A stretch of DNA of 64,000 nucleotides from Scyliorhinus canicula (taxonomy: Eukaryota), in NCBI RefSeq assembly GCF_902713615.1, contig NC_052146.1, forward strand, positions 83,593,982-83,657,981. The letters are read 5' to 3'. Positions 26,817 to 37,803 of this stretch are shown here, one piece after another. A model generated the notes under the pieces. The model did no database searches. It saw only the letters and a program-made list of their open reading frames with translations, and was not told the DNA's origin. The position numbers and the translations under genes are program-made. Position 1 is the first letter of the stretch; each line of letters opens with the position of its first letter.

Positions 26817-29800
26817 CACTTCCAATGGCGGCCATGGTGTGAGTGGTCGCACATTTGGTGACTCCCGCTCGTGGCGATTTTTTCAGACCTTTTCCCGGGT
26901 TAACGGGTGGATGTGAGGAGGTTAAAAAGGGGCAGGAGAGTGAGTTGAAGAGATTGACCCACTGGTGAATGGAGCTGAGGGCCAGAAGCGGTCACAAAAG
27001 AGGGAAACAGAGTGCAAAAGCCGGTGCAGTGCCTGTGACGCACATGGAGATGGCGGAGGGTCAGGGAGCGCCCTGCCGGCTCAGTGGCGGAGGGTCAGGG
27101 AGCGCCCTGCCGGCTCAGTGGCGGAGGGTCAGGGAGCGCCCTGCCGGCTCAGTGGCGGAGGGTCAGGGAGCGCCCTGCCGGCTCAGTGGCGGAGGGTCAG
27201 GGAGCGCCCTGCCGGCTCAGTGGCGGAGGGTCAGGGAGCGGCCCTGCCGGCTCAGTGGCCAACAGAGCAGCTGGTGGGCTTCCTGAACAGCAGGTTCACC
27301 CAGCAACACAAGGAGAATCTGGAGGGATTGGATTAAAGCGGTGATTGACCGAGTGGAGATGAGGCTGGAGGCCCAGGGTCAGGCAATCCAGAAGATGGAG
27401 GAGGTGGTGAGGAAAGCCGAGGAGCAGTTCACCTCAATGGCAGCGGAGATGGTGCTGATGAGCGATCAGCAGAAGCGGCTTCAGGAGAAAGTTGAAGACC
27501 TGGAGAATTGGTTGCACAGGCAGAATATCAGGATTGTGGGCCTGCCAGAGGGGAGTGAAGGAGACGACACCGGCGCGTATGTGGGGGAAGATGCTGGAGA
27601 AGCTGCTAGGAGAGGATGCATTCGTATGGCTTTTGGACGTGGATCGAGCACATAGGGTGCGAATGAGGAAACCCCAGGGTAACGAGCCGCCAAGGGTGAT
27701 GGTGGTGCGGTCGCACCGTTTCCTGGACAAGGAGCAAATTATGAGGTAGGCCAGGCAGACAAGGCTCTGTACCTGGGAGGGCAGTGAAATCAGAGTATAC
27801 CAGGACCAGGGTGCAGAGCTGGCCAAGAGGAGAGCGCGCTTTAACAAGGTCAAGGTGGCCCTCTACAAGAAGGGGGTGAAGTTTGGGTTGCTGTACCTGG
27901 CAAGTCTGTGGGTGACCTACGAAGGCCGGGAACTGTACTTTTGGGATGGCGGAGGAGGCGGTAGAGTTTGTCAGAGACAATAGACCGGCAGGAAAAGGTA
28001 CATTTTGAACTTTGGTGGAGATGCTGTGATGCTGCTGTTAATTTGTGTTTGGGGCCATTTCTGCAGTTTTAGGTTTGTTTTGTTCTCTGTTGAAAGGTGG
28101 GGGAGGTTGATCTCTTCAATTGGGCTTGGGAGGGGTTTTTGTTTACACTAGTAGGATATTTGGGCTGGGGGGAGGGGAATCAGTGGTGGGTAGGATGCTA
28201 GGTGCCATGGGCGGGGGCTGCCAGGCTAACTGGGCAGTGCAGGTACAGCAACCCAAACTTCACCCCCTTCTTGTAGAGGGCCACCTTCACCTTGTTAAAG
28301 CTCGCTCTCCTCTTGGCCAGCTCTGCACCCTGGTCCTGGTATACTCTGATTTCACTGCCCTCCCAGGTACAGAGCCTTGTCTGCCTGGCCTACCTCATAA
28401 TTTGCCCCGTGTCCAGTTGATGGAAGCACAGTGGGGTGCGAGCAGAAGGTTAGTGGGGGGATGAAGGCAGAGGTTGTTGTTTGAACAGATGAGGTGAGAT
28501 GTATCCCGTTGCCATTGGCGGGGCGGGGCCAGACAGTCACAATAATAGTCTTTATGAGGTTTTTCAGAGCTTCCAATTTTTATCCCCAAGGCGTTCTTTT
28601 ATTTAAAAAAAAAAGTGAATGCGGTAATCTTGGGATTTGTCTGGGCGGGTAAAGCTCCGCGGGTGAAGAAGGTGCTGCTGGAGCGGGAGCATTGGGGGGG
28701 GCGGGGTGGAGGTTTGGGGGGGGGGGGGGGGGGGGGGGGCGTTGGCTGGCTATTCCGGAATTTTATCAATTATTATTGGATGGCGAATATTACGATAGTC
28801 AGGAAGTGTGTAGTGGGGGATGGGTCAGTGTGGGTCTGGGTGGAGGCAGCCTCATGTAAGGACACGAGTTTGGGGGCATTGGTAATGGCACGTCTGCCAT
28901 TCTCGCCCGGTAGTAGTGGCAGCCCTGAGTATGTGGGGACAGTGGAGGCAGCATATGGGGTTGGAGGGGGCATCGGTGTGGGCACCGATATGTGTTAACC
29001 ACCGGTTCGCTCCGGGGGGGCTGAATCAGTGGTTTCGAAGGTGGCAGCGGGCCTGGATCGAGAGATTTGGAGATCTTTTTATTGATGAGGGTTTCCCGAG
29101 CTTGGAGGAATTGGAGGAGGAGTTTAGTTGCCAGGTGGGAATGGATTCCGGTATCTGCAAGTGAGGGATTTTGTGCGGAGGCAGGTATAGACCTTCCCGC
29201 ACCTGCCGCACCAGGGGCTACAGGATAAGGTGGTGTCGAGAACAAGAGTAGGAGAGGAGAAGGTTTCAGAGAGCTACAAGGAACTGATGGTGTGGGAGGG
29301 AGCCCCGATAGGGGAGGTGAAGAGAAAGTGGGAAGAAGTGCTGGGTAGGGAGTTGGAGGCCGGATTTTGGGAGGAGGCCCTGAGGTGAGTCAATGCATCC
29401 TCGTCATGTGCCAGGCTCAGCCTGATACAGTTCAAGGTAGTCCATAGAGCACATATGACTGTGGCCAGGGTGAGCAGGTTCTTTGAGGAGGCGGAGGATA
29501 GGTGTGGGCGCTGTAAACCATGTCCATATGTTTTGGGCATGACCGAGGCTGAGGGGTTTCTGACAGGGGTTCACTGATGTCATGTCAGACGTTTTGAAGG
29601 CGAGGGTGGTGCCAAGTCTAGAAGTGGCGATCTTTGGTGTGTCGGAAGATCTGGGAGCCCAGGGGGTGAGAGAGGCCAATGTCCTGGCGTTTGCCTCCCT
29701 GGTGGCCCGGACACTAGGATTCTACTAGATGGAGGGACTCGGAGCCCCTGAAGGTATGGGTTAGCAACATGGCAGGCTTTCTCAGACTCGAGAAAATTAA

Positions 29801-29892
29801 ATTCACCTTGAGGGGTTCGCTGAAGGAGTTTTCCCAGAGGTGGCAGCCGTTCATCGAGTTCATCAATTTTTTTGAGAAAGATTAGGCTGTCA
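26817..29892 (+). mobile_element. Decayed L1-clade LINE (5' end, ORF1, ORF2 C-terminus; EN and most of RT deleted)
   Basis: ORF1 EKVEDLENWLHRQNIRIVGLPEG and DVDRAHR; ORF2 C-terminal VNASSSCARLSLIQFKVVHRAH. Confidence 0.9.
27050..27258 (+). repeat. 34-bp tandem repeat x ~6 (tggcggagggtcagggagcgccctgccggctcag) in L1 ORF1
   Basis: Direct inspection; near-identical units. Confidence 0.95.
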
Positions 29893-29895
29893 GGT

Positions 29896-29929
<34 letters not shown>

Positions 29930-29932
<3 letters not shown>

Positions 29933-30190
29933 CACTGCCACCTCACTGTGCCAGGGGCCCAGGTTCAATTCCGGCCTTGGGTAACTGCGTGGAGTTTGCA
30001 TTCCCCGTGTCTGTGTGTGCGTGGGTTACCTCCAGGTGCTCCAGTTTCCTCCCACAGTCCAAAGATGTGCAGGTTAGGTGGGATTATGGGAATAGGGCAG
30101 GGAAGTGGGCCTATTTTAGGGTGCTCTTTCAGAGGGTCAGTGCAGACTTGATGGGCTGAATTACTTCCCACTGCACTGTAGGAACTATGT
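29930..30190 (+). mobile_element. HE1/V-type SINE
   Basis: Core and tail. Confidence 0.8.
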
Positions 30191-30793
30191 GGTTCTAAGG
30201 CAAGGGAATATATAGTGTGACATTTCTTATTTACAAAGTTTACATACATTCCTTCTGTATGAACTACATAAAGAGATATTTGGGCAGATAACTAAAAGCT
30301 TGGCCATCAGGGTGGTTGGAGAGGTGGAAGAGTGAGGTAGACACACACACACAGGTGTAGGGAAGGAATGCCAGAACTTTGTGCCCAGGAAACTTGGGCC
30401 CAGCTATCAGTGAAGCAGAAATTTACAAACTGCTCGTATCAAGAGGCCAGAATTGGAGGAGAGCAGGTAGCTCCGAGAATCTGGAGGAGGGGATTACAGA
30501 GGGAACAAGGGGCCAGCTCATGAAGAATGAGAATTTAAAAATGGAGACAGTGTTTAACTGTGAGCCAGTGTAGGTTGTTGTGGCCAGGGCTAATGGGTGA
30601 ATGGAACTTTGTGCAAGTTAGTAGTTAAAGCATCTTCATTTTAGGTGACCTCAAAGTTACGGAGGGGAACATATGGGAGACCAGCCAGGAATGTATTGGA
30701 ATAGAGTCGCCAAGTCTCCTTGACTTGAGTGTTTCAGCAGCAGGGAGCTCAGATGGGCAGAGTCAGGAGATGCTCCAGAGGTGAAAATAAGTA

Positions 30794-30982
30794 GGGGCTG
30801 GTTTAGCTCAACAGGCTAAGTCGCTGGCTTTTAAAGCAGGCCAAGCAGGCCAGCAGCACGGTTCGATTCCCGTACCAGCCTCCCCGGACAGGCGCCGGAA
30901 TGTGGCGACTAGGGGCTTTTCACAGTAACTTCATTGAAGCCTACTCGTGACAATAAGCAATTTTCATTTTCATTTTCATTTC
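30794..30982 (+). mobile_element. Second tRNA-derived SINE family with (ttttca)n tail
   Basis: ggggctggtttagctca...ggttcgattccc; highly similar copy on - at 52811-52997. Confidence 0.85.
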
Positions 30983-31194
30983 AAGTGATCTTGGTGATGG
31001 TGTGAATGTGATTGGAAGCTCATCTCGGAGTGAGACATGACACCAAGGTTGTGAACAGATTGGGTTAAAGCCAGACCGTTGTCAGGTAGAGGGATGGAGT
31101 CAGTGGCGAGGGAATGGAGTTTGTGGTGAGGTTGAGACAAGGTCTTCAGTGAGCCCAGTGGAGGAAATTTCTGCCTGTTCAGTTCTGGCTGACA

Positions 31195-31748
31195 GAATAC
31201 TGCAGATGCTGGAAATCTGAAATAAAACCCCCAAAATGCAGGACTATTTCAGCAAGTCTGGCATCGTCTGGACGGTTCGAGTCCACAGACTTTTTTTTTG
31301 TCAGAACTGAAAGGAGGGAGAATGTAGAAACTGCAACGGGGGGCGGGGGGGGGGGGGTGAATTCAGGCAATACATATATGGCATATTAAATACTAATACA
31401 TGTATGGAATATGGCAGAATGCATGTATGAAATATTTATAAAGGGAGAAATAAAGGGGGGTTTGGGATGGAGGTGGAAAGTCAAAATCTAAAATTGCCGA
31501 ACTCCATGTTGAACTCTGTGGGCTGCAATGTGGCCCACCGGAAGATGAGGTGCTGCTCCTCCAGCTTGCATTGGGCTTCACTGGAACATTGCAGCAGGCC
31601 AAGGATGGACATGTGGACACAAGAGTGAGGTGTTACGTTAAAATGGCAAGCGGCAGGAAGTTTGGGGTCCTGCTTGCGGACTGATGAAGATGTTCCGCAC
31701 AGTGGCTACCCAGTCTGAATGTAGAGGAGAACGCATTGGGAGCAGTGA
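31195..31748 (-). mobile_element. Penelope-like element fragment (GIY-YIG endonuclease C-terminus plus terminal repeat)
   Basis: - strand translation [10 protein letters not shown]...CHFN...LGLLQCSSEAQCKLEEQHLIFRWATLQPTEFNMEFGNFR. Confidence 0.8.
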
Positions 31749-31954
31749 TAAGATCGGCATTGTAGCAGATTTGAGAGAGGTGGTGGTAAGGTGGAGCTGG
31801 GTGTTGTCAGCGTACATGTGAAAACTAACTCTATTGTTGGAAGATGTCACTGAGGGACAGAATGAGAAAGAGAAGGGTCGAATGATTGACCCTTGGGGGA
31901 CACCAGAGGTGATGTTGCAGGAACAGGAAGAGAAAACATCCCTGCCAGCTGGAC

Positions 31955-34146
31955 GATGGTGGAGAGGTGTTGAAGGAGGATGGCGGAGAGGTGTTGAAGG
32001 AGGATGATGGAAAGGTGTTGAAGGAGGATGGTGGAGAGGTGCTGAAGGAGGATGGTGGAGAGGTGTTGAAGGAGGATGGTGGAGAGGTGTTGAAGGAGGA
32101 TGGTGGAGAGGTGTTGAAGGAGGATGGAGGAGAGGTGTTGAAGGAGGATGGTGGAGAGGTGTTGAAGGAGGATGGTGGAGAGGTGTTGAAGGAGGATGGT
32201 GGTGTTGAAGGAGGATGGTGGAGAGGTGTTGAAGGAGGATGGTGGGGAGATGTTGAAGGAGGATGGTGGTGTTGAAGGAGGATGGTGGGGAGATGTTGAA
32301 GGAGGATGGTGGAGAGGTGTTGAAGGAGGATGGTGGAGAGGTGTTGAAGGAGGATGGTGGAGAGGTGTTGAAGGAGGATGGTGGAGAGGTGTTGAAGGAG
32401 GATGGTGGAGAGGTGTTGAAGGAGGATGGTGGAGAGGTGTTGAAGGAGGATGGTGGAGAGGTGTTGAAGGAGGATGGTGGAGAGGTGTTGAAGGAGGATG
32501 GTGGGGAGATGTTGAAGGAGGATGGTGGTGTTGAAGGAGGATGGTGGGGAGATGTTGAAGGAGGATGGTGGAGAGGTGTTGAAGGAGGATGGTGGAGAGG
32601 TGTTGAAGGAGGATGGTGGAGAGGTGTTGAAGGAGGATGGTGGAGAGGTGTTGAAGGAGGATGGTGGAGAGGTGTTGAAGGAGGATGGTGGAGAGGTGTT
32701 GAAGGAGGATGGTGGAGAGGTGTTGAAGGAGGATGGTGGAGAGGTGTTGAAGGAGGATGGTGGAGAGGTGTTGAAGGAGGATGGTGGAGAGGTGTTGAAG
32801 GAGGATGGTGGAGAGGTGTTGAAGGAGGATGGCGGAGAGGTGTTGAAGGAGGATGGAGGAGAGGTGTTGAAGGAGGATGGCGGAGAGGTGTTGAAGGAGG
32901 ATGGCGGAGAGGTGTTGAAGGAGGATGGCGGAGAGGTGTTGAAGGAGGATGGCGGAGAGGTGTTGAAGGAGGATGGTGGAGAGGTGTTGAAGGAGGATGG
33001 TGGAGAGGTGTTGAAGGAGGATGGTGGAGAGGTGTTGAAGGAGGATGGTGGAGAGGTGTTGAAGGAGGATGGTGGAGAGGTGTTGAAGGAGGATGGTGGG
33101 GAGATGTTGAAGGAGGATGGTGGGGAGGTGTTGAAGGAGGATGGTGGAGAGGTGTTGAAGGAGGATGGTGGGGAGATGTTGAAGGAGGATGGTGGTGTTG
33201 AAGGAGGATGGTGGAGAGGTGTTGAAGGAGGATGGTGGAGAGGTGTTGAAGGAGGATGGTGGAGAGGTGTTGAAGGAGGATGGTGGAGAGGTGTTGAAGG
33301 AGGATGGTGGAGAGGTGTTGAAGGAGGATGGTGGAGAGGTGTTGAAGGAGGATGGTGGGGAGATGTTGAAGGAGGATGGTGGGGAGGTGTTGAAGGAGGA
33401 TGGTGGGGAGGTGTTGAAGGAGGATGGTGGAGAGGTGTTGAAGGAGGATGGTGGGGAGATGTTGAAGGAGGATGGTGGTGTTGAAGGAGGATGGTGGGGA
33501 GGTGTTGAAGGAGGATGGTGGGGAGGTGTTGAAGGAGGATGGTGGGGAGGTGTTGAAGGAGGATGGTGGGGAGGTGTTGAAGGAGGATGGTGGAGAGGTG
33601 TTGAAGGAGGATGGTGGAGAGGTGTTGAAGGAGGATGATGGAAAGGTGTTGAAGGAGGATGGTGGAGAGGTGTTGAAGGAGGATGGCGGAGAGGTGTTGA
33701 AGGAGGATGGCGGAGAGGTGTTGAAGGAGGATGATGGAAAGGTGTTGAAGGAGGATGGTGGAGAGGTGTTGAAGGAGGATGGTGGAGAGGTGTTGAAGGA
33801 GGATGGCGGAGAGATGTTGAAGGAGGATGGCGGAGAGGTGTTGAAGGAGGATGGCGGAGAGGTGTTGAAGGAGGATGGTGGAGAGGTGTTGAAGGAGGAT
33901 GGTGGAGAGGTGTTGAAGGAGGATGGTGGAGAGGTGTTGAAGGAGGATGGTGGAGAGGTGTTGAAGGAGGATGGTGGAGAGGTGTTGAAGGAGGATGGTG
34001 GAGAGGTGTTGAAGGAGGATGGTGGAGAGGTGTTGAAGGAGGATGGTGGGGAGATGTTGAAGGAGGATGGTGGAGAGGTGTTGAAGGAGGATGGTGGAGA
34101 GGTGTTGAAGGAGGATGGTGGAGAGGTGTTGAAGGAGGATGGTGGA
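31955..34146. repeat. 24-bp minisatellite (gatggtggagaggtgttgaaggag), about 90 copies, inside an L2 RT
   Basis: Direct inspection; occasional 19-bp deletion units. Confidence 0.98.
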
Positions 34147-34383
34147 GCCAACAGTGCCGAAGGCTGCCGGCAGGGCAAAGAGAGAAAGTTAAAACTTTGT
34201 CACAGTGCAGACGTGAGGAATTTTGACCTATTTGTCCCGGCGCAGTAATACGAATTAGAATCCCAGGTTTGGATTAGGTTGGGTGGGAATTTGAATGGAT
34301 TAAAACAGGAATAGTTCATGTCATTAGACATTTTTTTTTAAAGTGTGCAGCTTCCTAACTTTTTTTCTTAATAACAAAAACAG

Positions 34384-34509
34384 GAACAACCTTCAAACCG
34401 CAACCACATCAGAAGGTCCAATCATCTTTCAAAGGACCCAAACTGAAAGAGAAGAGAATTCGGAGAACAACTATAATGGGAATTCCACAGCATGTCCAAC
34501 AGGAACTAG
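34384..34509 (+). CDS. KIAA1522: KIAA1522/NHSL3 internal exon (GTTFKPQPHQKVQSSFKGPKLKEKRIRRTTIMGIPQHVQQEL-G)
   Basis: Acceptor cag| and donor |gtttgt; 126 nt, phase 1 to 1. Clear match to the family motif GSTFRP...RRSTVLGLPQHVQKELG. This frame is absent from the ORF track. Confidence 0.92.
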
Positions 34510-35024
34510 GTTTGTACGTTGTCTATTCGGGACTTTTCAACTGTTTGACAGTTGAACTTTTGTGGATTCTATTTTTTTTTTTTTGAAACCTTGAAGGAAT
34601 CGAATGTAAGAACAGAATCTGGAGGAAGTGTGTGAACGAAATTGGACTTAACAGAAATACCATTTCCTAATGGCTGCATTTAGTAAATGGATAGCCTGCA
34701 GCAGGGCCTTTATCGATGAGTATAATCTTGGGGTTGATGTTTAGTCTGTATTACATTAACCTCTCTCTGTTTTGGTGCAGTGGGGTGTTACCTATGGACA
34801 TGGCACCATTGCACTGGGGAGAGAAAAGCACAGTCCTATTGTCCTGATCCCTGCTCAGTGAGGGAAGGATCTTGTTCACCTACTGTATCTATAAACGTAT
34901 GCTGAATGTGAGAAGTGGTTAAATTATTTGGTTCTGTAATTATCCACAGAAACGCTCAGGATAATGGCTACTTCCCTACTCTCACCCTGAAATGAAACCA
35001 TGACAGGGCATCATTAGCAAAGTA

Positions 35025-36300
35025 ACTGGTTAAGTGGCAGTGTTCTCAGCCCAACCATCTTCAGCTGCTTCATCAATGACATTCCTTCCATCATAAGGAC
35101 AGAACTGGGGATGTTAGCTGATGGATGTTCAGCATCATTCGTAATTCCTCAGATATTGAAGCAGTCCCATGTCCAAATGCAGTAAGACCTGGACAATATC
35201 CAGGATTCGGCTGACGTAGCACTATGCCACACAAGTGCCAGGCATGACTATGTCCAAAAAGAGAGAATCTAACCATCACCCTTGACATTTAATGGCATTA
35301 CCATTGCTGAATATCCCATTATCAACATCCTAGGGTTATCATTGACCAGAAATTGGACTGGACTAGCCACATAAATACTGTTGCTGCGATAGCAGGTCGA
35401 AGTCAAGGAAACCTGTGGTGAGTAACTCACCTCCTTACTCCCCAAAGTCTATCCACCATCTAAAAGGCGCAAGTCAGGAGTGGATAGAACATAGAACATA
35501 CAGTGCAGAAGGAAGCCATTCGGCCCATCACCGACCCACTTAAGTCCTCACTTCCACCCTATCCCCATAACCCACTAACCCCTCCTAACCATTTTGGACA
35601 CTAAGGACAATTTATCATGGCCAATCCACCTAACCTGCACGTCTTTGGACTGTGGGAGGAAACCAGAGCACCCGGAGGAAACTCACGCAGACACGGGGAG
35701 AACGTGCAGACTCCTCAAAGACAGTGACTCAGCAGGGAATCGAACCTGGGATCCTGGCGCTGTGAAGCCACAGTGCTATCCACTTGTGCTACCATGCTGC
35801 CAGTGGAATACTGTCCACTTGCCTGGATGAGTACAGCTCCAACACATTTAAAAAGCTTGACACCGTCCAGGACAAAGCAGCCCGCTTGATTGCTCCCCCT
35901 TCCACAAACATCCACTCCCTCCACAACTGACGCACATTAGCAGCCGTGTGTACCATCTTCAAGATGCACTGCAGTAACTCACCAAGGCTCCTTCGGCAGC
36001 ACTTTCCAAACCCACGACCACTACCATCTGGAAGGACAAGAGCAGCAAATACCTGGGAACACCACCACTTGGAAATTGCCCTCCAACTCACTCACCATCT
36101 TGACTGAACTATATCAGCTGTTCTTTCACTGTCGCTAGGTCAAAATCCTGGAACTCCCTCCCTAACAGCACTGTGGGTGTACCTACACATCAGGGACTGC
36201 AGCGATTCAAGAAGGCAGCTCACCACCACCTTCTCGAGGGCAATTAGGGATGGGCAGTAAATGCCGTCCTAGTCAGCAACGTCCATATCCGGGAATAATT
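35025..36300 (+). mobile_element. CR1/L2-group LINE 3' portion with a nested SINE
   Basis: VLSPTIFSCFINDIPSIIRTELGMLAD (degenerate RT); IYKAQVR-like remnant near 35455-35480. Confidence 0.8.
35486..35801 (-). mobile_element. HE1/V-type SINE
   Basis: Head, core and tail. Confidence 0.88.
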
Positions 36301-37016
36301 TTTTAAGAATTGAAGTTAAACTCGAGGAAAATATACACTTAAAGTTGGCTCATTTAAACTTTATATTGGGAACAATTATAGTAAATGGTGATGGTTAAAC
36401 TCCGATCTCTGTGCATTAGAGAAGAATCAATTAAAAAATGGTAGAATTTTCAGCAAATAAAAATCAGAATGGGACTGGAATCTTTTCACTTTTAAAAAAT
36501 GACTTGAACAGTAATAACTACAGAAAATGTTAGTTACTGATCTCATCCTTCTCTGTGCTGTGTCTGGAAGCCTAGAGATATGGAAACAGAATCGAATATT
36601 TTATCACTTTGTCACATTATGTAACTTGTTCATTAGAGTGAATTGTTGTTTCGAATTTTTTCCAGGGCTGGTGAATCTGTCCAGTAATGTGTTTTAAAGG
36701 TTTAGCAATTGAATCAAAGGATGCTTTCTCATTTTTTGGTTTAGGATTTAATATGACCTTTATGTTCACTTTGTGACCAGCTACAACAATGTTGTTGCTA
36801 CATCTGTAGCTCTAAGGGTTCGCCTTAAAACCTCCAAGTAGAAACCTAAAGTTGTTTTTTCCTATAGTGACCTGATGCTTTATAATAGCATGACTGACTC
36901 AATGATCAGGATTTATTGGATCACTATGTCCTGTGAGCATAGGTGCAGGAGGTTATAGAATTAGCAGAAAAGTCCCTTCATCCTTCTCGATCTCAGGCCC
37001 CAATTACCCTCTGTTT

Positions 37017-37322
37017 AGAATAATAGAATCACTACAGTGCAGAAGGAGGCCATTCGGCCCATCGAGTTTGCACCAACCCGCTGAAAGAGCCCTCACGCCC
37101 CCACCCTATCGACATAATCCAATAACCTCACCTAACCTTTTGGACACTTAAGGGGAAATTTATCACGGCCAATCCACCTAACCTACACATCCTTGGACAA
37201 TAGGAGGAAACTGGAGCACCCGGAGGAAACCCACGCAGACACGGGGAGAACGTGCAAACTCCACACAGACAGTGACCCGAGGCTGGAATTAAACACGCGT
37301 CCCTGGTGCTATGAGGCAGCAG
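37017..37322 (-). mobile_element. HE1/V-type SINE
   Basis: Head, core and tail. Confidence 0.88.
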
Positions 37323-37803
37323 GTGTTAGGAGTTAGATCCCCATCAAAGAACCATCCACAAAATTTGAACAGTTCTGTTTTGAATTGTGTAATCTAATTT
37401 TTGTTAAGTGACTCCTGCTGATGTTCACCATGACTGAAGTATTGGGCCACACAGCATTTTGCACATCACTTATAAATGTGTGCTTTCACTTAATCCCCGT
37501 TTGGATTTTCCCAGTTGCTTAATAATCAAGTGCATGATACTTTAAATTTAAATTCCGATAAATGACCTTTGACTCACATGTTATTTCCCCACATTAAAAC
37601 GGCCGAGACTGGATAAAGTGCCAGCATTTTATTCACAAGGGTTGGGCTCTATTATACAAGTGAATTCTATGTCATCCCCAAATTTAGACAGTTGTGAATG
37701 GAGTGTTTAGTTTGGCTTCAGTCGAGGAATTGCTTTTGATTCTCAACTAGTCGAATTTGAGTCACGGTTAGGTTTTAATTTTGTTCTTTCTGTTTTGAAA
37801 CAG

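Larger units (their letters stand above)
30270..34230 (-). mobile_element. L2 LINE RT fragment carrying a nested SINE, a Penelope piece and the 24-mer array
   Basis: [35 protein letters not shown] on the - strand. Confidence 0.85.

Noticed and set aside
30794-30875. tRNA gene
   Set aside because: A/B boxes are present but run into a SINE body and tail, with a second copy at 52811-52997; I could not build a proper cloverleaf.
31638-34248. 846-aa and VLKEDGGE-repeat ORFs
   Set aside because: Translations of the 24-bp minisatellite within a dead L2; 19-bp units shift the frame.
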